In this document: in pieces, positions 14,467 through 26,213 of the stretch
Numbering within the stretch: position 1 is the first letter of the stretch
How the letters are laid out: every line of letters starts with the position of its first letter
Source of the DNA: Schmidtea polychroa
Lineage: Eukaryota
Length of the DNA stretch: 64,000 nucleotides
Reading direction: 5' to 3'
Assembly (NCBI GenBank): GCA_044892525.1
Contig: CM097885.1
Span: 18,726,001-18,790,000 of the forward strand
Position numbers and translations under genes: made by a program
Notes under the pieces: model-generated
Told to the model about the DNA's origin: nothing
What the model saw: the letters and a program-made list of their open reading frames with translations, nothing else
The model's database searches: none

Positions 14467-15213
14467 TTACTGTTTAAATTTAACAAGCATCAGATCATTT
14501 TTATTAACACTAAAAACATCCAAACTGTTTTTCATAAAGCAACACTTGATAACCGCTACAAAGCCACTGGGATCAGTTTTGAATAATAACGGTTTGTCCA
14601 TTTCAATATCATAAGATAATGCTATCATTGAACAACTTAATGGTCGCATCTCAGCCGATTGGGTGTAAAGCTGATTAATATCCGCAATACAACGACATAT
14701 TATGTCACGAGGCATTTCATATCCATTTTTATATTTAAATCGAGCTGCTTCCATTTGTGCACGACATACTTGAGATCGGCAATCAAGGATCATACCAGTC
14801 ATAACACCTCCAGTACTTTCAGTAATATTAAACAATCTTGTAGCTGAACTCTTCTCAATCATTTTATCTGGAACTTTTCTTTGTGTAGCTACTACATCAC
14901 AATTATTGCCTCGAATACCAACGGAAAGCAATCCACCAAATAAATTTGATATTAGTTGGCCAAAAACACCATTAACGTTATCAGGATCTCTTGGAGTCAT
15001 AAAAAAGGAACCATCAGTTTCGTTGGTAGTATTTCCCATTTCCATTGAGTTATCAGATTCAAAAGAACATTTGGTATTTCCCATTTCCATTGAGTTATCA
15101 GATTCAAAAGACCATTTGGTATTTCCCATTTCCATTGAGTTATCAGATTCAAAAGAACATTTATCCTCGATTATATTGCTTGATTCATAAATTTCTTCAT
15201 TAAAAGCAGCCAT
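14467..15213 (-). pseudogene. Chimeric ORF: RNF115/126-like N-terminal fragment (with 3x45-bp repeat) fused in frame to an internal fragment of 20S proteasome alpha subunit (PSMA6/alpha1 type)
   Basis: GGLLSVGIRG..TQRKVPDKMI..GVMTGMILDCRSQV.RAQMEAARFKYKNGYEMP..IADINQLYTQSAEMRPLSCSMI..KTDPSGF matches PSMA6; N-terminal ESDNSME..GNTTNETDGSFFMTPRDPD is shared with 45236-45480. Confidence 0.85.
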
Positions 15214-16112
15214 ATTTAATCGGAAGAAAAATAAATTCCAAAAAACCGAAATCGATAAGTAAAACTAACAATAATTCGAATTCAGCCAAATAAGACACAC
15301 AAAAACAAACCTTACACCCAATCACAGCTCCACACCACAAACCATCCCCACAATTTTTACGCGTCTGTGTGCGCACACAACCAAAACCAAAGAAAGTAAA
15401 AAGCGCACACAGACACGAGCATCGAATTAATCAGATTACTTTTAATTTTAAAATTTGAGACCTTAAGTTACTTTAATTCAATTTTAGACCCTTGACTTAC
15501 TTTAATTCAATTTTTAGACCCATAATTTACCTATATATTCTTAAATTATATTGAAAATCCCAGGACCAAGGAGAACCACCCTAATAATACTTAGAAATAT
15601 CCATGCTTTTTTAGTGATAGTCGGATTTTCTACTGAAAATCCCAGAATCAACCAAGACTCCCTCACTATAATCAGAAAAAACATAGCTTCTTTAGCGAGA
15701 ATTGAATTTTGTATTGAAAATCCAATGACCAAGGAGACCCCCCACTATAATCAGAAATTTTCAATTACATAATCGTAACTACCTACACACTAATGTCAAA
15801 AGTTTAAAATTTTATAAGTTTTTGTTTGTTTTAGTTTTTATAACATTTATAGTTCATATGTCGTTGGAAAGAAGAGAAAATTATCTATCTAATGATATAT
15901 ATTAATTGAATAGAAAGGTATCAAAAGCATTTTACATAAATTTACAAATGTTTCAACCCTTGTGTAGCCTTTGACTCTGTAGTATAACATATTCTCTATG
16001 ATAGTGCTAAATTGTTTATTTGTTGCAAATAGAGAAAATATGGCGAAAAGAGAATTGATTGTAAGTGGTTCGTTAGATATTTGTCAAGAAGGGGAAATAT
16101 TTGTGAGACTTA

Positions 16113-16329
16113 CCGTATATACTCGCGTATAAGTCCAGAAATTTACGTCAAATTTTCAAGTCAAAATAGCCACTTTGACTTATACGCGAGTCAAAAAACG
16201 TACAAATTAATTTTTAATGAAATCATTAAACCTTTTTTTATTTTTGTTACTTCGGCTTATACGCGGGTTTCCAATTTAGGACATAAAAACCTCTTAAAAT
16301 TTACTCGACTTATACCCGATTATATACCG
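16113..16329. mobile_element. Tc1/mariner (Tc2/pogo-like) MITE
   Basis: TA|CCGTATATACTCGCGTATAAGTC ... GACTTATACCCGATTATATACCG|TA. Confidence 0.8.
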
Positions 16330-17091
16330 TAGATTCAATGGTAGTAAATGAAGTTTTTGTTTACTGGAATTAAGCTATGTCATATTGAAGATGATTTCGA
16401 TATTGATATAGAATTAAACAGAAAAGCACTAGATGCGGGTCGTCTGGATTTAAACTAATGTCATTTAGGTTATGTGCTGCACCCGTAACTATTCATAACA
16501 TAATGACAATTATTTTGAAAAATGAGAGCTGGAAGTCCTGCGTAATGTATCTAGACGATGTTTTGATATTTGGTAAATCATCAGAAGAACATAACCAAAT
16601 ACTCCGTCAAGTTTTATCTAAAATAAAAGAAGAAAGATTAAAATTGGCACCGGATAAATGCATTTTTATCAAGAAAGAAGAGAAATATTTGGTACATATT
16701 ATAAGAAGTGTCGGTATCAAAGTAGACCAAGACAAAATTTTGACAACATATAAAATAAAACTTCCTACGAGCATTCAAGAGTTATAAATATTTCTTGGTT
16801 TGTGCATATATTACAGAATGTTTATAAAGGAGTATGCTAACAAGGCCAAATCCTTTCAATGATGTTGAGAAAAGAAAACGGGTTTGTATGAAATAAGCAA
16901 AGTCAAAAAGCATTTGACTTTCTAAAAGATTCTATAACAGATACATTATTTTTGTTATGAATAAAAAGTGGTGATTTTATTCTGGATACAGATAAATCAA
17001 ATGATTGTGTCGGAGCAGTACTTTCTCACATTTAAAATAAAGAAGAAAAGGTAATAGAAAGCGGCTCAAACCTTATGATAAATGTTCAGTG

Positions 17092-19352
17092 TAGGGTTTT
17101 ACACTACTGTTAAACAGCAACAGTAAAACAGCTGTTTTTTTGTCTTAATCGGAAAACATTAAACAGCTGTTTTTTCGAAGCTGTTTATACTGTTTTTTAA
17201 CGATCCTTTTTCAATTTTTTTAAAAAGAATTTTTAATATTATAATATAACTTACAAAAGTCAATATTTAATTGATATTGTTGATAAATATTTGTTTGATT
17301 ATTTATATACTAACAAACTTCTAAAAACATAATTTTATATTTCACCCATGTCTTCAGTTTGGGATTATGCTATAAAACGAAAAAATGTGTTAAAAAAGGT
17401 GCTTGAAGGTCAATGCAAGCGATGTAATAAAGTTATAACTTGTTCTGGCAATTCTACAACAACTTTAAAAAATCATCTCAAAACCCATGGCATCGACATG
17501 GAAAAGCCAACAGTTAGTGCATCGAAAGAAGATACAATATCAGAGAAGAGAACAAAATCAATTTCAGATTTTCTAGTTAAAAAATCTCTCAAAGAAATAG
17601 TATCAGATCTTGCTACTGATGGTATAACTATTAGAGCTATTACAAGAAATAATTACATCAGACAATCTATTACTCGCGATGGTCTTAAACTTCCTATCAA
17701 TGAACGCGATGTCATGAAACTGATTATTGAAGATTTTTTAGAGAAAAAAGCTAAAATGATAACACTTGTTAAACAAAAGATTGATTCTGGAACCAAATTT
17801 TCAATGACAGTTGATGAATACACAACAATTAGAGGTAGACGCTTTTTTGGTGTTAACATACATACTAGTGACGATAAAATGACAATGAAAACTGGCCTTG
17901 TTCGAATTTTTGGTTCTTGCACAGCAGAAGTTATGATAAATGCAATGAAAGAACATTTAGCCGATTTTGGAATTGATATGAATAAGGATATTGTTGGATC
18001 TACTCAAGACGGAGCAGCAATTAACAAGAAATTTATTCAATTGCTAGATATTATAGGTCAGTTTTGTTTAAATCATGCTATTCATTTGGGAGTTTGTGAT
18101 ACTTTGTATAAGAAAAAAAGTATTGATGAAGAAAAGTCGTATTGGAATAACGATGAGATTGAAGATACAGAATGCTATGATGATTGCCTTGGTTTATCAA
18201 ATGATATTGATATTGAGAATGTTGATTTGAACTATCACGATCTGCTTCAAACATCTCGAAAACTTGTCAAATTTATAAAGAACTCAACAGTTCGCAATAA
18301 TGTTTTCCTAACAAAAAACAAAGCTTTGACAGGCCGCAACAGTGAATTATATCTGGATATTAAGACACGTTGGAATTCAATTCCTACCATGTTGGATTCA
18401 ATTATAAAATCAGAATTGGCTATTCGAGAAACGTTAACTGAATTTAATGCAATATATCAAATAGATTCTGTTGATTTTGATGCTCTTAATAATCTTCTTT
18501 GTGCTATGGAACCGATTAAACTTGCTGTTGAACGCTTAAGTCAAGATGATGCGACATTAGTAAGTGCTGAAATAATTTTAGAGTTTATGTTCAAGAAACT
18601 TTCGATGATTAATAGTGAAATAAGTCAAGATCTGCATGATAACTTAAAGCAACGAATCGATGAAAGAATAAATAAAGATGTTATGAATCTTTTGAAAAGT
18701 CTCAAAGATTCATCAGTTGTTCCATCAGAAACAACATTAACATTTGCTAGACGTTTAGCTTCACGCATATTTGATTTTGATGATGGCGATGATATACGTG
18801 GTTCTACCCAAGAAGAATTTGAAAACACCAATCTTTCGCTAAAAGAAGAACTTAATATGCTTTTATATATGGATCAAACCCCGAAAGTACTTGGAGTAGA
18901 TTTTAAATGGCTTAAGTCAGAATTCACTTTGTATAAGAATACTGGACAACGAACGGAAAATCTTCAAAAACTTTACAATGCACTTCTTAGCATCAAACCA
19001 ACATCGACTGACATTGAGCGTGTATTCTCAATTTGCACAAATTTTTGCACTAAAATTAGATCACGCTTATCAGATGATGCTCTTAAAGCTTTGGTTTTCT
19101 TGAAATTTTACTATAAAAAATAAATAAGTTTTTTGATGTTATATGAATTAAGTTGTTATAAAAGATAATAAATATTTTCCAAGATATTAATAAATTGAAA
19201 AAAAATAAATATATACATTTTCAGTATTTTTTAAATATTAAAATTATGGGAAAATTGAAAAAACAGTAAAAACAGCTAATATCAGCTGTTTTTTCGAAAA
19301 TAAAAAACAGTAACAGCTGTTTTTTGAAAACCGCTGTTTTTGTAAAACCCTA
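17092..19352 (+). mobile_element. Complete autonomous hAT transposon (2261 bp)
   Basis: Perfect 12-bp TIR TAGGGTTTTACA / TGTAAAACCCTA; 8-bp TSD GTTCAGTG (17084-17091 / 19353-19360); subterminal AACAGCTGTT repeats at both ends. Confidence 0.97.
17348..19123 (+). CDS. hAT transposase with BED zinc finger, 591 aa, uninterrupted
   Basis: SSVWDY..CKRC..LKNHLKTH (BED); catalytic VDEYT, TQDGAA and STDIERVFS; CLNHAIHL (CxxH); TRWNS; C-terminal hATC region KIRSRLSDD. Confidence 0.96.
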   Translation: MSSVWDYAIKRKNVLKKVLEGQCKRCNKVITCSGNSTTTLKNHLKTHGIDMEKPTVSASKEDTISEKRTKSISDFLVKKSLKEIVSDLATDGITIRAITRNNYIRQSITRDGLKLPINERDVMKLIIEDFLEKKAKMITLVKQKIDSGTKFSMTVDEYTTIRGRRFFGVNIHTSDDKMTMKTGLVRIFGSCTAEVMINAMKEHLADFGIDMNKDIVGSTQDGAAINKKFIQLLDIIGQFCLNHAIHLGVCDTLYKKKSIDEEKSYWNNDEIEDTECYDDCLGLSNDIDIENVDLNYHDLLQTSRKLVKFIKNSTVRNNVFLTKNKALTGRNSELYLDIKTRWNSIPTMLDSIIKSELAIRETLTEFNAIYQIDSVDFDALNNLLCAMEPIKLAVERLSQDDATLVSAEIILEFMFKKLSMINSEISQDLHDNLKQRIDERINKDVMNLLKSLKDSSVVPSETTLTFARRLASRIFDFDDGDDIRGSTQEEFENTNLSLKEELNMLLYMDQTPKVLGVDFKWLKSEFTLYKNTGQRTENLQKLYNALLSIKPTSTDIERVFSICTNFCTKIRSRLSDDALKALVFLKFYYKK

Positions 19353-21566
19353 GTTCAGTGTAAATTTTGATTAACTTGATAAGAACTATTTACAATCTAT
19401 ATATTTGTTCTCAAATACAAAAGTTATCTTTTAGATAGAAAATTGGTTTTTCAAAATGATCATCAAGCATTAAAGTGGTTTTTCAAGTGCAATTCTTCAA
19501 ATACATCCGAATTTCAGAAAGCGGAATTAGAAGTTTTGTGGGGTATTTTGTATAAAACAGTATCACTAACTGACTCCTTGGTGTGCTTTTATTAATCAAA
19601 TCGAACCACCCAAAACAATAATATTTATTTCTAATTATCACAATTACACCACTTTATTTTATTACACACCTTACTGAAACAATCTCAATTTACACAATAT
19701 TATATGCGAAGCTTTCGATGGTATGTTCGTGTGTTTGTATGTATAATGTATGTATTATGTAGGCTGGTATATATATACATATTTTATATTTATGTTAGTA
19801 GATGAGTGTATGTCAAGAGATTTGAAGAACCCAGCCGAGTCACCAGTAAATAAACTGTCTCGGGACAGCTGGGGTGAATGTGTGTAATATGACTACAAAT
19901 AAAAATTCGAGATATATTACCAAATAAAATACAAAATAACTTAATTAAACAAATTTTATTAACAAATAGAACCAATTAAGTGACCAGAAATCTCAAATCG
20001 TAAGGACTTTGTAATATTCTTTTCTAATCTTCTTTTGATCTTATTTTATAATATTATTTTTGATCCTTTTCCTGAACTAGTTTTATAATATTCTTTTTAA
20101 TTTCCTTCTGAATTTGTTCTATGGTATTCTTTTTTTAATTCTGGTTGTCCAAATTTTTAATTCTTTTTTTAATTCTGGTTGTCCAAATTTTTATTCCATT
20201 TCTTTATTGATTTTTTTATTTTAAATTAAATTATCGCTTATAGTTTTTTTTTAATTTTTTTTCCACGTGTAACACGTGGTGGTTAAAATTAAAATCCACA
20301 TTGAATTATAATAAACAATAAAAAAATACAATATCACAGTACATTACACACAACTTTAAATAACTCGTTTTACTCGAACCTGAACCTTGCTCAGGTATAA
20401 AACTTCCTTTCTGGTACACTGGATTCAAAACTATTTGGTTATCACTAAGTTAAATTCCCTTTGCTTTCCTTTGCTATACTATAACTTTTCTTTCTTCGAC
20501 CTACTGGCGCTTTTGTTTACTTTCCGGTCGCTTTTATACCCATTTCGTAATTTTATTATTCTATAATTAAATTACTTTGGATACTTTTTCTCGAGGTTTT
20601 CTCTTACCGAACTAATTAGTTTGGGCAAATGGCTTATTTTTTGATGGCTTGACACAATTTAATTATTCTTATGCTGATTCAATTGCCTCTAGCTAATTTG
20701 ATTGACCACTCGAGTCTTCTCATACTGCTCAGGCTTCCCATTAGCTCGGGTTTTCTATTAGATAATTAATTTTTAATTAATTTTATTTTTTTGTAATTAT
20801 TTCCTTCTAGTTACCCCCATTGACTTTATTGTTATCATATTTGATATATTGTTCAGCATACGCCCATACTAGTTTCCCCAGAAAATATTCATTTAAAATT
20901 GGTTTTGATTTTTAATTAATATTTTTGTACTTTAAATTATTATTGTGAATTTGATGTCTTTATTGATTTTTCACCTCAATTTTTTGGGTCTCTTTTGTTG
21001 AATCTCAATAGTTTACTATATGGAAATTAAATACCAAATGAGAAAAGAACATTTAAACCCTGATACATTGTCAAGACTACTATATGGACTCAATGGAACA
21101 CAAAGTTTGGATGCCCAGAATACGTTCACTCAGATAACGGTTCGAATTTCAGGAGTAAGCTATTTGAGGTTTTCAGCATGATCATGGGAGTTAAACAAAG
21201 TTTTTCATCTTCGTATTATCCATAGTATAATGAATTAATTGAGAAATTATTTCGAACTGCAAAAGTGATCATTTTCAGCATTTCTAAAAGAAAGAAGATC
21301 TACCAGTTGGGATGAAATATTACCAATAATCGAAATGCGACTCAAATTTTCAGCACAAAAAACAACGGAATATTCACCTTGTGAGATTTTTTTCGAACTC
21401 CAAGCTTGAATTAATACACCGTTGTATTTTGTCAATTTTTACAGTGATTTATTTTTAAAACAGCTGAGATTTGATATGAAGGAAATCTATAAAGAAGTTT
21501 TATAAAACAATTAAAACAATAAGTATATTTAAAAGGTGTATTACGATAAAGGTTGAATATCTAAGG

Positions 21567-21923
21567 CAGAGCTTTCCAACTGGTGTGTCGGCAGCGCTGT
21601 ATAGGTGTGTTGCGTAAACATAATGAAAAGCCACAGAGTCCCTTAATTTTATAAACTTTTTAATGATTGTTAAACTAAAATACAATACACATATATAGTC
21701 CGTCGTGTTTTAGCTGCAAGAACGCTTGTTTACCCTATTTATTAGTTAATCGTTGGAATTCGATATTTATATTTAAATATGTTTCATTGTCTCTTCTATA
21801 ACGGTTTACCATAAGGCATAAGTTGTATGACGTCTGGTTTTCTGGTAAAACTGATTTGCTGTGTCGCGAAATGATGGAGGTCTAAAAAGTGTGTCACAAG
21901 CATGAAAAGGTTGGAAAGCACTG
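21567..21923. mobile_element. hAT (Charlie-like) MITE
   Basis: TIR CAGAGCTTTCCAAC / GTTGGAAAGCACTG; 8-bp TSD ATCTAAGG / ATCTAAAG (7 of 8 match). Confidence 0.85.
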
Positions 21924-22711
21924 ATCTAAAGAGATTCAAATTGCCAATATGGTATTAGTGCGAAAAGAAAATAATCAGAGTGCCATTTTCAAGTATTATA
22001 GCCCTTTTCAGATTGAAGATGGTGTTAATAAATGGACATATCTTCTACCAAGTAAAGAGGGAAAATGCTTCAGCGAAATTACAATCAAGTAAAAAATATA
22101 CCAAATGACTTGCGGAGTGTTAGATCACTCAAACACCTAGAAATTCTAATCCTGTTTACCGGTGATTCTTACAAGATGGGAATGTGATATATGAATAAAT
22201 ATTTTAAATTGATTATTTTTAAAATATTGTAGTAAAATAATGGATTTTTGAATATTGGTTAATTTATTTATTTAATTCTGTATATCTTATTTGTAAATAT
22301 AATACTGGTGTATTATAGAAGGCTCGAAGGCGCTCATTTAAGTACTTCGTTACATTTAGAGAAAACTTGGGATACAAGTGTCAAAATAACGATTTTGAAA
22401 AAGTACATTGGTTATCACTTTAGTTTTCACAACCTATGTACTAGAAAGTTTTGATTGTCAAACTGAGCTCACTTTCTAGTGAGATAAATCATATTTTTGT
22501 TATTATTTTCATGTCTAAATTTGTATAGTTTTGTAATTATTTCACAAATTTTTTTGAGGTTATCTAAAAAATAATAAAAAAATTAATTAATAATAAACAA
22601 AAGAAAGATGAAATAAAAAATTACCGTTAACTGCAATACGTTTTATATAATTTAAATTTTAAAAGATTCTCATACAAAAGAAATATTAATTTAATAATTA
22701 TTATTATTGTA

Positions 22712-23200
22712 CACCAATCCCTTGAATTACGCGGTACTCATTTTACAAGGTTTCACTTTTATGCGGTAATAAAAAATAATATCTTTTTAATGAAATCAAA
22801 CATATTTCGTGGCAAGTGTCTCTCAAATACATATATTTCATAAGATTACTCACATTTCAACGACCAGACGTCTGTAACCCACTACATCAGGCGAGCAGTA
22901 CGTCAAATATTGTATTGTGGAGGGCACGTGTTTCGCTCAAGATTTTGGTTGTTTATACACCCAATTCCAAATTTTTCATGCATTTTTCAAATTTATTTCT
23001 AAATAAAATTGTATTTTTTATGCCTCGTTTTACGCAAGTTTGTGGAACTTATCCCCTTACTTTATATGAACTCGAGTTGTAGATTTACGCAGATTTTTAT
23101 TTTCTGGAACCTATTTATCATTTTTGTATGAATTTGAAGTCTCGATTTACGCGGTTACGATTTGCGCGTTAGTTTCTTGGAACGTATCTATGTATTGGTG
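22712..23200. mobile_element. Tigger/pogo-like MITE
   Basis: TA|CACCAAT ... ATTGGTG|TA; internal repeated tttacgcgg / ggaac.tatc motifs. Confidence 0.65.
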
Positions 23201-23220
23201 TATTTAATAAAAAATTCAAT

Positions 23221-23380
23221 ATGAATTAGTAAAGATATCGATGCTTGTTTTATATTCACGAATTTTCGGCACTTTTAAAAAAATAACTTGATGAATTTAC
23301 TGATTCATAGTCAATTTTTTAAAAAATACAATGTCAATTGAAAATAAATCAAAGGTGAAGATTGAAAAAAATTCTTTTAA
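23221..23380. repeat. Head-to-head halves of the ~130-bp dispersed repeat
   Basis: Reverse half (..atatcgatg..tattcacgaattttcggcac) followed by forward half (tttactgattcatagtcaa..tgaaaaaaattctt). Confidence 0.7.
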
Positions 23381-23730
23381 TAATAATAATATTATTATTA
23401 TTATAGTAAAAATTATAAGGGTTCATTTGAAAGTCGCGTCAAATAGTATTTATTGTTTTAACAATATTACAAATAGTTTGAGACATATTGTTTTGATATT
23501 TTGAGCAATTCATCATAACTTATTCATTCATCACACTTTACAATCGTACATTGATAATTATAAATATACAAATTAAACATAATTAGTAATTAAATAGATT
23601 TACAAATATCCTCCTTAAAATTATTATCAATAAATGTAATTATTTAAAAGCTTTTTTACACTCCCATACATTCATACAAAGCTCATTAGATAATTATATT
23701 GAATAATAAATATTTAATTTTAAAAATTAT

Positions 23731-24308
23731 GGTTGTACGACAATCCGCCAAATAGTTCAAAGCGACAATATGCCAAAAAGTCGTTAAATTTTTGTTTCAA
23801 CATACATAAATTTTAAATTTATTATATTTTTAAAATTTTAATAACAAATTCTCCGCTGAAAGATGAGAATCAACTAGTAATTGTTTAATATAAAATTTTA
23901 ATTAAATATTTAAACAATTTAACTGGCTGAGAGGTAAACAAGATTTTTTATCAAAATTTGTGATAATTTGACTGATTCAATGATAAATTTGAATGAGTTA
24001 ATTCGTTTTATTATATATACTCTGAGTTAATCCGACAAGATGTATTGACCCTCTATGGGTATTGCTCACAAGAGTACTACTCACATTCAACATGTCGCAA
24101 TGATACTGATCATAAAGGTACTGGTATTTGATTTTAATGCTTTTATTTGAATGATTATTTAGGCAAATTTGTTGTACAAGTACATGTGAATTAATTTTAA
24201 TATGATGACCTACAAATAATTTTTTTATAAATGTCATCGTTGGCCAATTTTTTAGTGTTGGCGGATTGTCATTTGGCGGATTGTCGTTTGGTGAATTGTC
24301 GGAATACG
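23731..24308. mobile_element. Non-autonomous Mutator-like (MULE) element carrying a piece of the Maverick-like element interior
   Basis: 9-bp TSD AAAAATTAT (23722-23730 / 24309-24317); termini with repeated gacaatccgccaaa; 23950-24120 is the reverse complement of ~52375-52540. Confidence 0.8.
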
Positions 24309-24746
24309 AAAAATTATACCCAAAATTTCCATTTTTCAAATTAAGTTTATTGTTATCACTATCGTATTTAGGTTGAGTAAAACAATTATGTTACATTCCA
24401 GTAAAATTTCAAATTAATATCAAGATAAAATTAAATGAATCGTTTTTCATTTGTTTTCGATAAAAAAAATCGTAATTTAAACAGGATGTTATGGCAAATT
24501 CTTTCATGGAGCATGGACGTTATAATTGCAGGTTATTTTTACCACAAAATAAACAAGCATTGATAAAAATAAATTTCTTCTAAATAATTCTCAAAAATGA
24601 AATAATAGTCATTGATAGAGGGAAATGAGTAGAAAATGGGTTATTTAAATAAGTTTTATACAAATCCCATGATTAAAACAAATACAATCAAATTATTCAA
24701 TTTGACAGAAGCAGCTTTTTTGAAAAATATTTTTGTTTGATAAGTA

Positions 24747-25046
24747 CAGCACCATGCTGAAACTTTTGGGGGATTTGTGCAAAAGAACTTTTTTAAAAAT
24801 TTAAATTTCATTGAATTCATTTATATTGATTTTTTAGCTCTTTTTGTGGCAAATTCATCAATTATATCCTTGTAATCAATTGTTCTGACTGTTCCATTTT
24901 TAATCGACTGTATTGCTAATTCAGAAAGTCTTTCCTGTGACATTGTCTATCGTAGATAATTTTCAATTAATTTTAGTTTTGTAGTTTATTTAATATTTGG
25001 GGCCCAGTGCGATTGCCCTTGTTGCATACGCAATGCTACTGTTTTG
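24747..25046 (-). mobile_element. Internally deleted hAT (Tip100/ZMYM1-like) element keeping only the transposase C-terminus
   Basis: 8-bp direct repeat GATAAGTA (24739-24746 / 25047-25054); minus strand reads KLKLIENYLR*TMSQERLSELAIQSI..IDYKDIIDEFATKRAKK. Confidence 0.8.
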
Positions 25047-25399
25047 GATAAGTAATTCAATTATAATTTATATGAATTTTTCAAGCTATTGGTGATAAAA
25101 TTTTTAATGAGGGGGTTGCGAAATATTACAGTATATTTCTAAATTTAAATTAATTTCTAAAATGTTTTTCGCTTTAAAAATGTGAACATGACAAACCAAA
25201 ATTACTGTATTTAATTAAAATAAAATTTATTAGAATTAATAGGATTTACATATAAGTGTATGTTGAAAATTGTGGAAATAAAAATAGAAAATGATGCCTT
25301 AGGAAGAAACTATTATTTTCCCTAAACACAATTTTCAAAATTCCCCCGATAATTTTGATAATGACTATTATCTTATTTGTAAGATGTTTTCCTGTGTGA

Positions 25400-25860
25400 T
25401 TGTTTTATGATTTTTCTCTTGTCTCTGATTTCTAATATTTCTGTAATTTTTAGCTTCTTTATTTTCAAGGGCATTAAATAATAGAAACTGCATTAAAGTT
25501 ATTTAATAAATTTTTTTCAGTGTATTTTTTGGATTACTTTCAGAATCCCTTGACCGAATCTTCTCCTTGTTTATATGACAGGGCTTCCTATAATTCGTCA
25601 ATAATTGTTTGAGTTCTCATAAACGCTAATTTGAGTCTTCTGGTGAAGGTCTTCATATTGTCAGTTTCTTTGGATTTCCTGACTGTATTTAATTATCATA
25701 AACGCTTTGACAAAGTTTTCCTAGAAGCCTTCATCAAAGATTCAGCAGTTGAAAAAATCGCTTGATTTCTGAACTACAGAATGTGATCTCCAATGTCAAA
25801 AGTATATGGAGGTTTCACGAAATTAGCCAGACGAAATTTTAGACTGCGTGGACCAAAATA
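25400..25860 (-). pseudogene. Possible decayed Gypsy gag fragment
   Basis: FTRRLKLAFMRTQTIIDEL*EALSYKQGEDSVKGF; TGGTCCAC PBS-like sequence upstream; weak. Confidence 0.35.
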
Positions 25861-26111
25861 TTATTATATTACTATTATAGACAATATTGAAACAAGAGGA
25901 TTATTTTACGCCAACAATATCTTGAGCAAGAAAACATCAAACACTTCATTTTATATACACTTCATTTTATATACATTTTATATTACTTTAAATTACTGAT
26001 TTATATTATAATTATTTTTACATTTAAATTGTTAATATATTATTAACAATTATTATTTACATATAATACTCATTAAATGCTAAATTAATTAATATACAAT
26101 TTTTAGTATAC

Positions 26112-26209
<98 letters not shown>

Positions 26210-26213
26210 TTAT
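26112..26213. repeat. (AAT)n directly followed by (TTA)n, a self-complementary microsatellite
   Basis: Direct inspection. Confidence 0.95.

Larger units (their letters stand above)
5735..15787 (-). mobile_element. Older, inverted, fragmented copy of the Polinton/Maverick-like non-autonomous element at 47399-53150, carrying nested inserts
   Basis: Collinear reverse-complement homology: 5735-7850 to ~51330-52280; 11280-12300 to ~50260-51080; 13340-14460 to ~48760-50120; 15430-15787 to the TIR, ending taactacctac. Confidence 0.75.
16400..22354 (+). mobile_element. Heavily decayed Gypsy pol (RT, RNase H, integrase) with a probable 3' LTR at ~22183-22354; interrupted by hAT, an unresolved ~19540-20990 insert and a MITE
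   Basis: RT MSFRLCAAP..MYLDDVLIF..LKLAPDKC; RH FILDTDKSNDCVGAVLS and NDHQALKW; IN KFGCPEYVHSDNGSNF; purine tract agatgggaa followed by TG..CA. Confidence 0.8.

Noticed and set aside
19538..20990. LTR-like insert(s) in the old Gypsy, including palindrome CCACGTGT-A-ACACGTGG at ~20273
   Set aside because: Probably TE-derived, but no matching LTR pair or TSD could be established, so it is not called as a feature.
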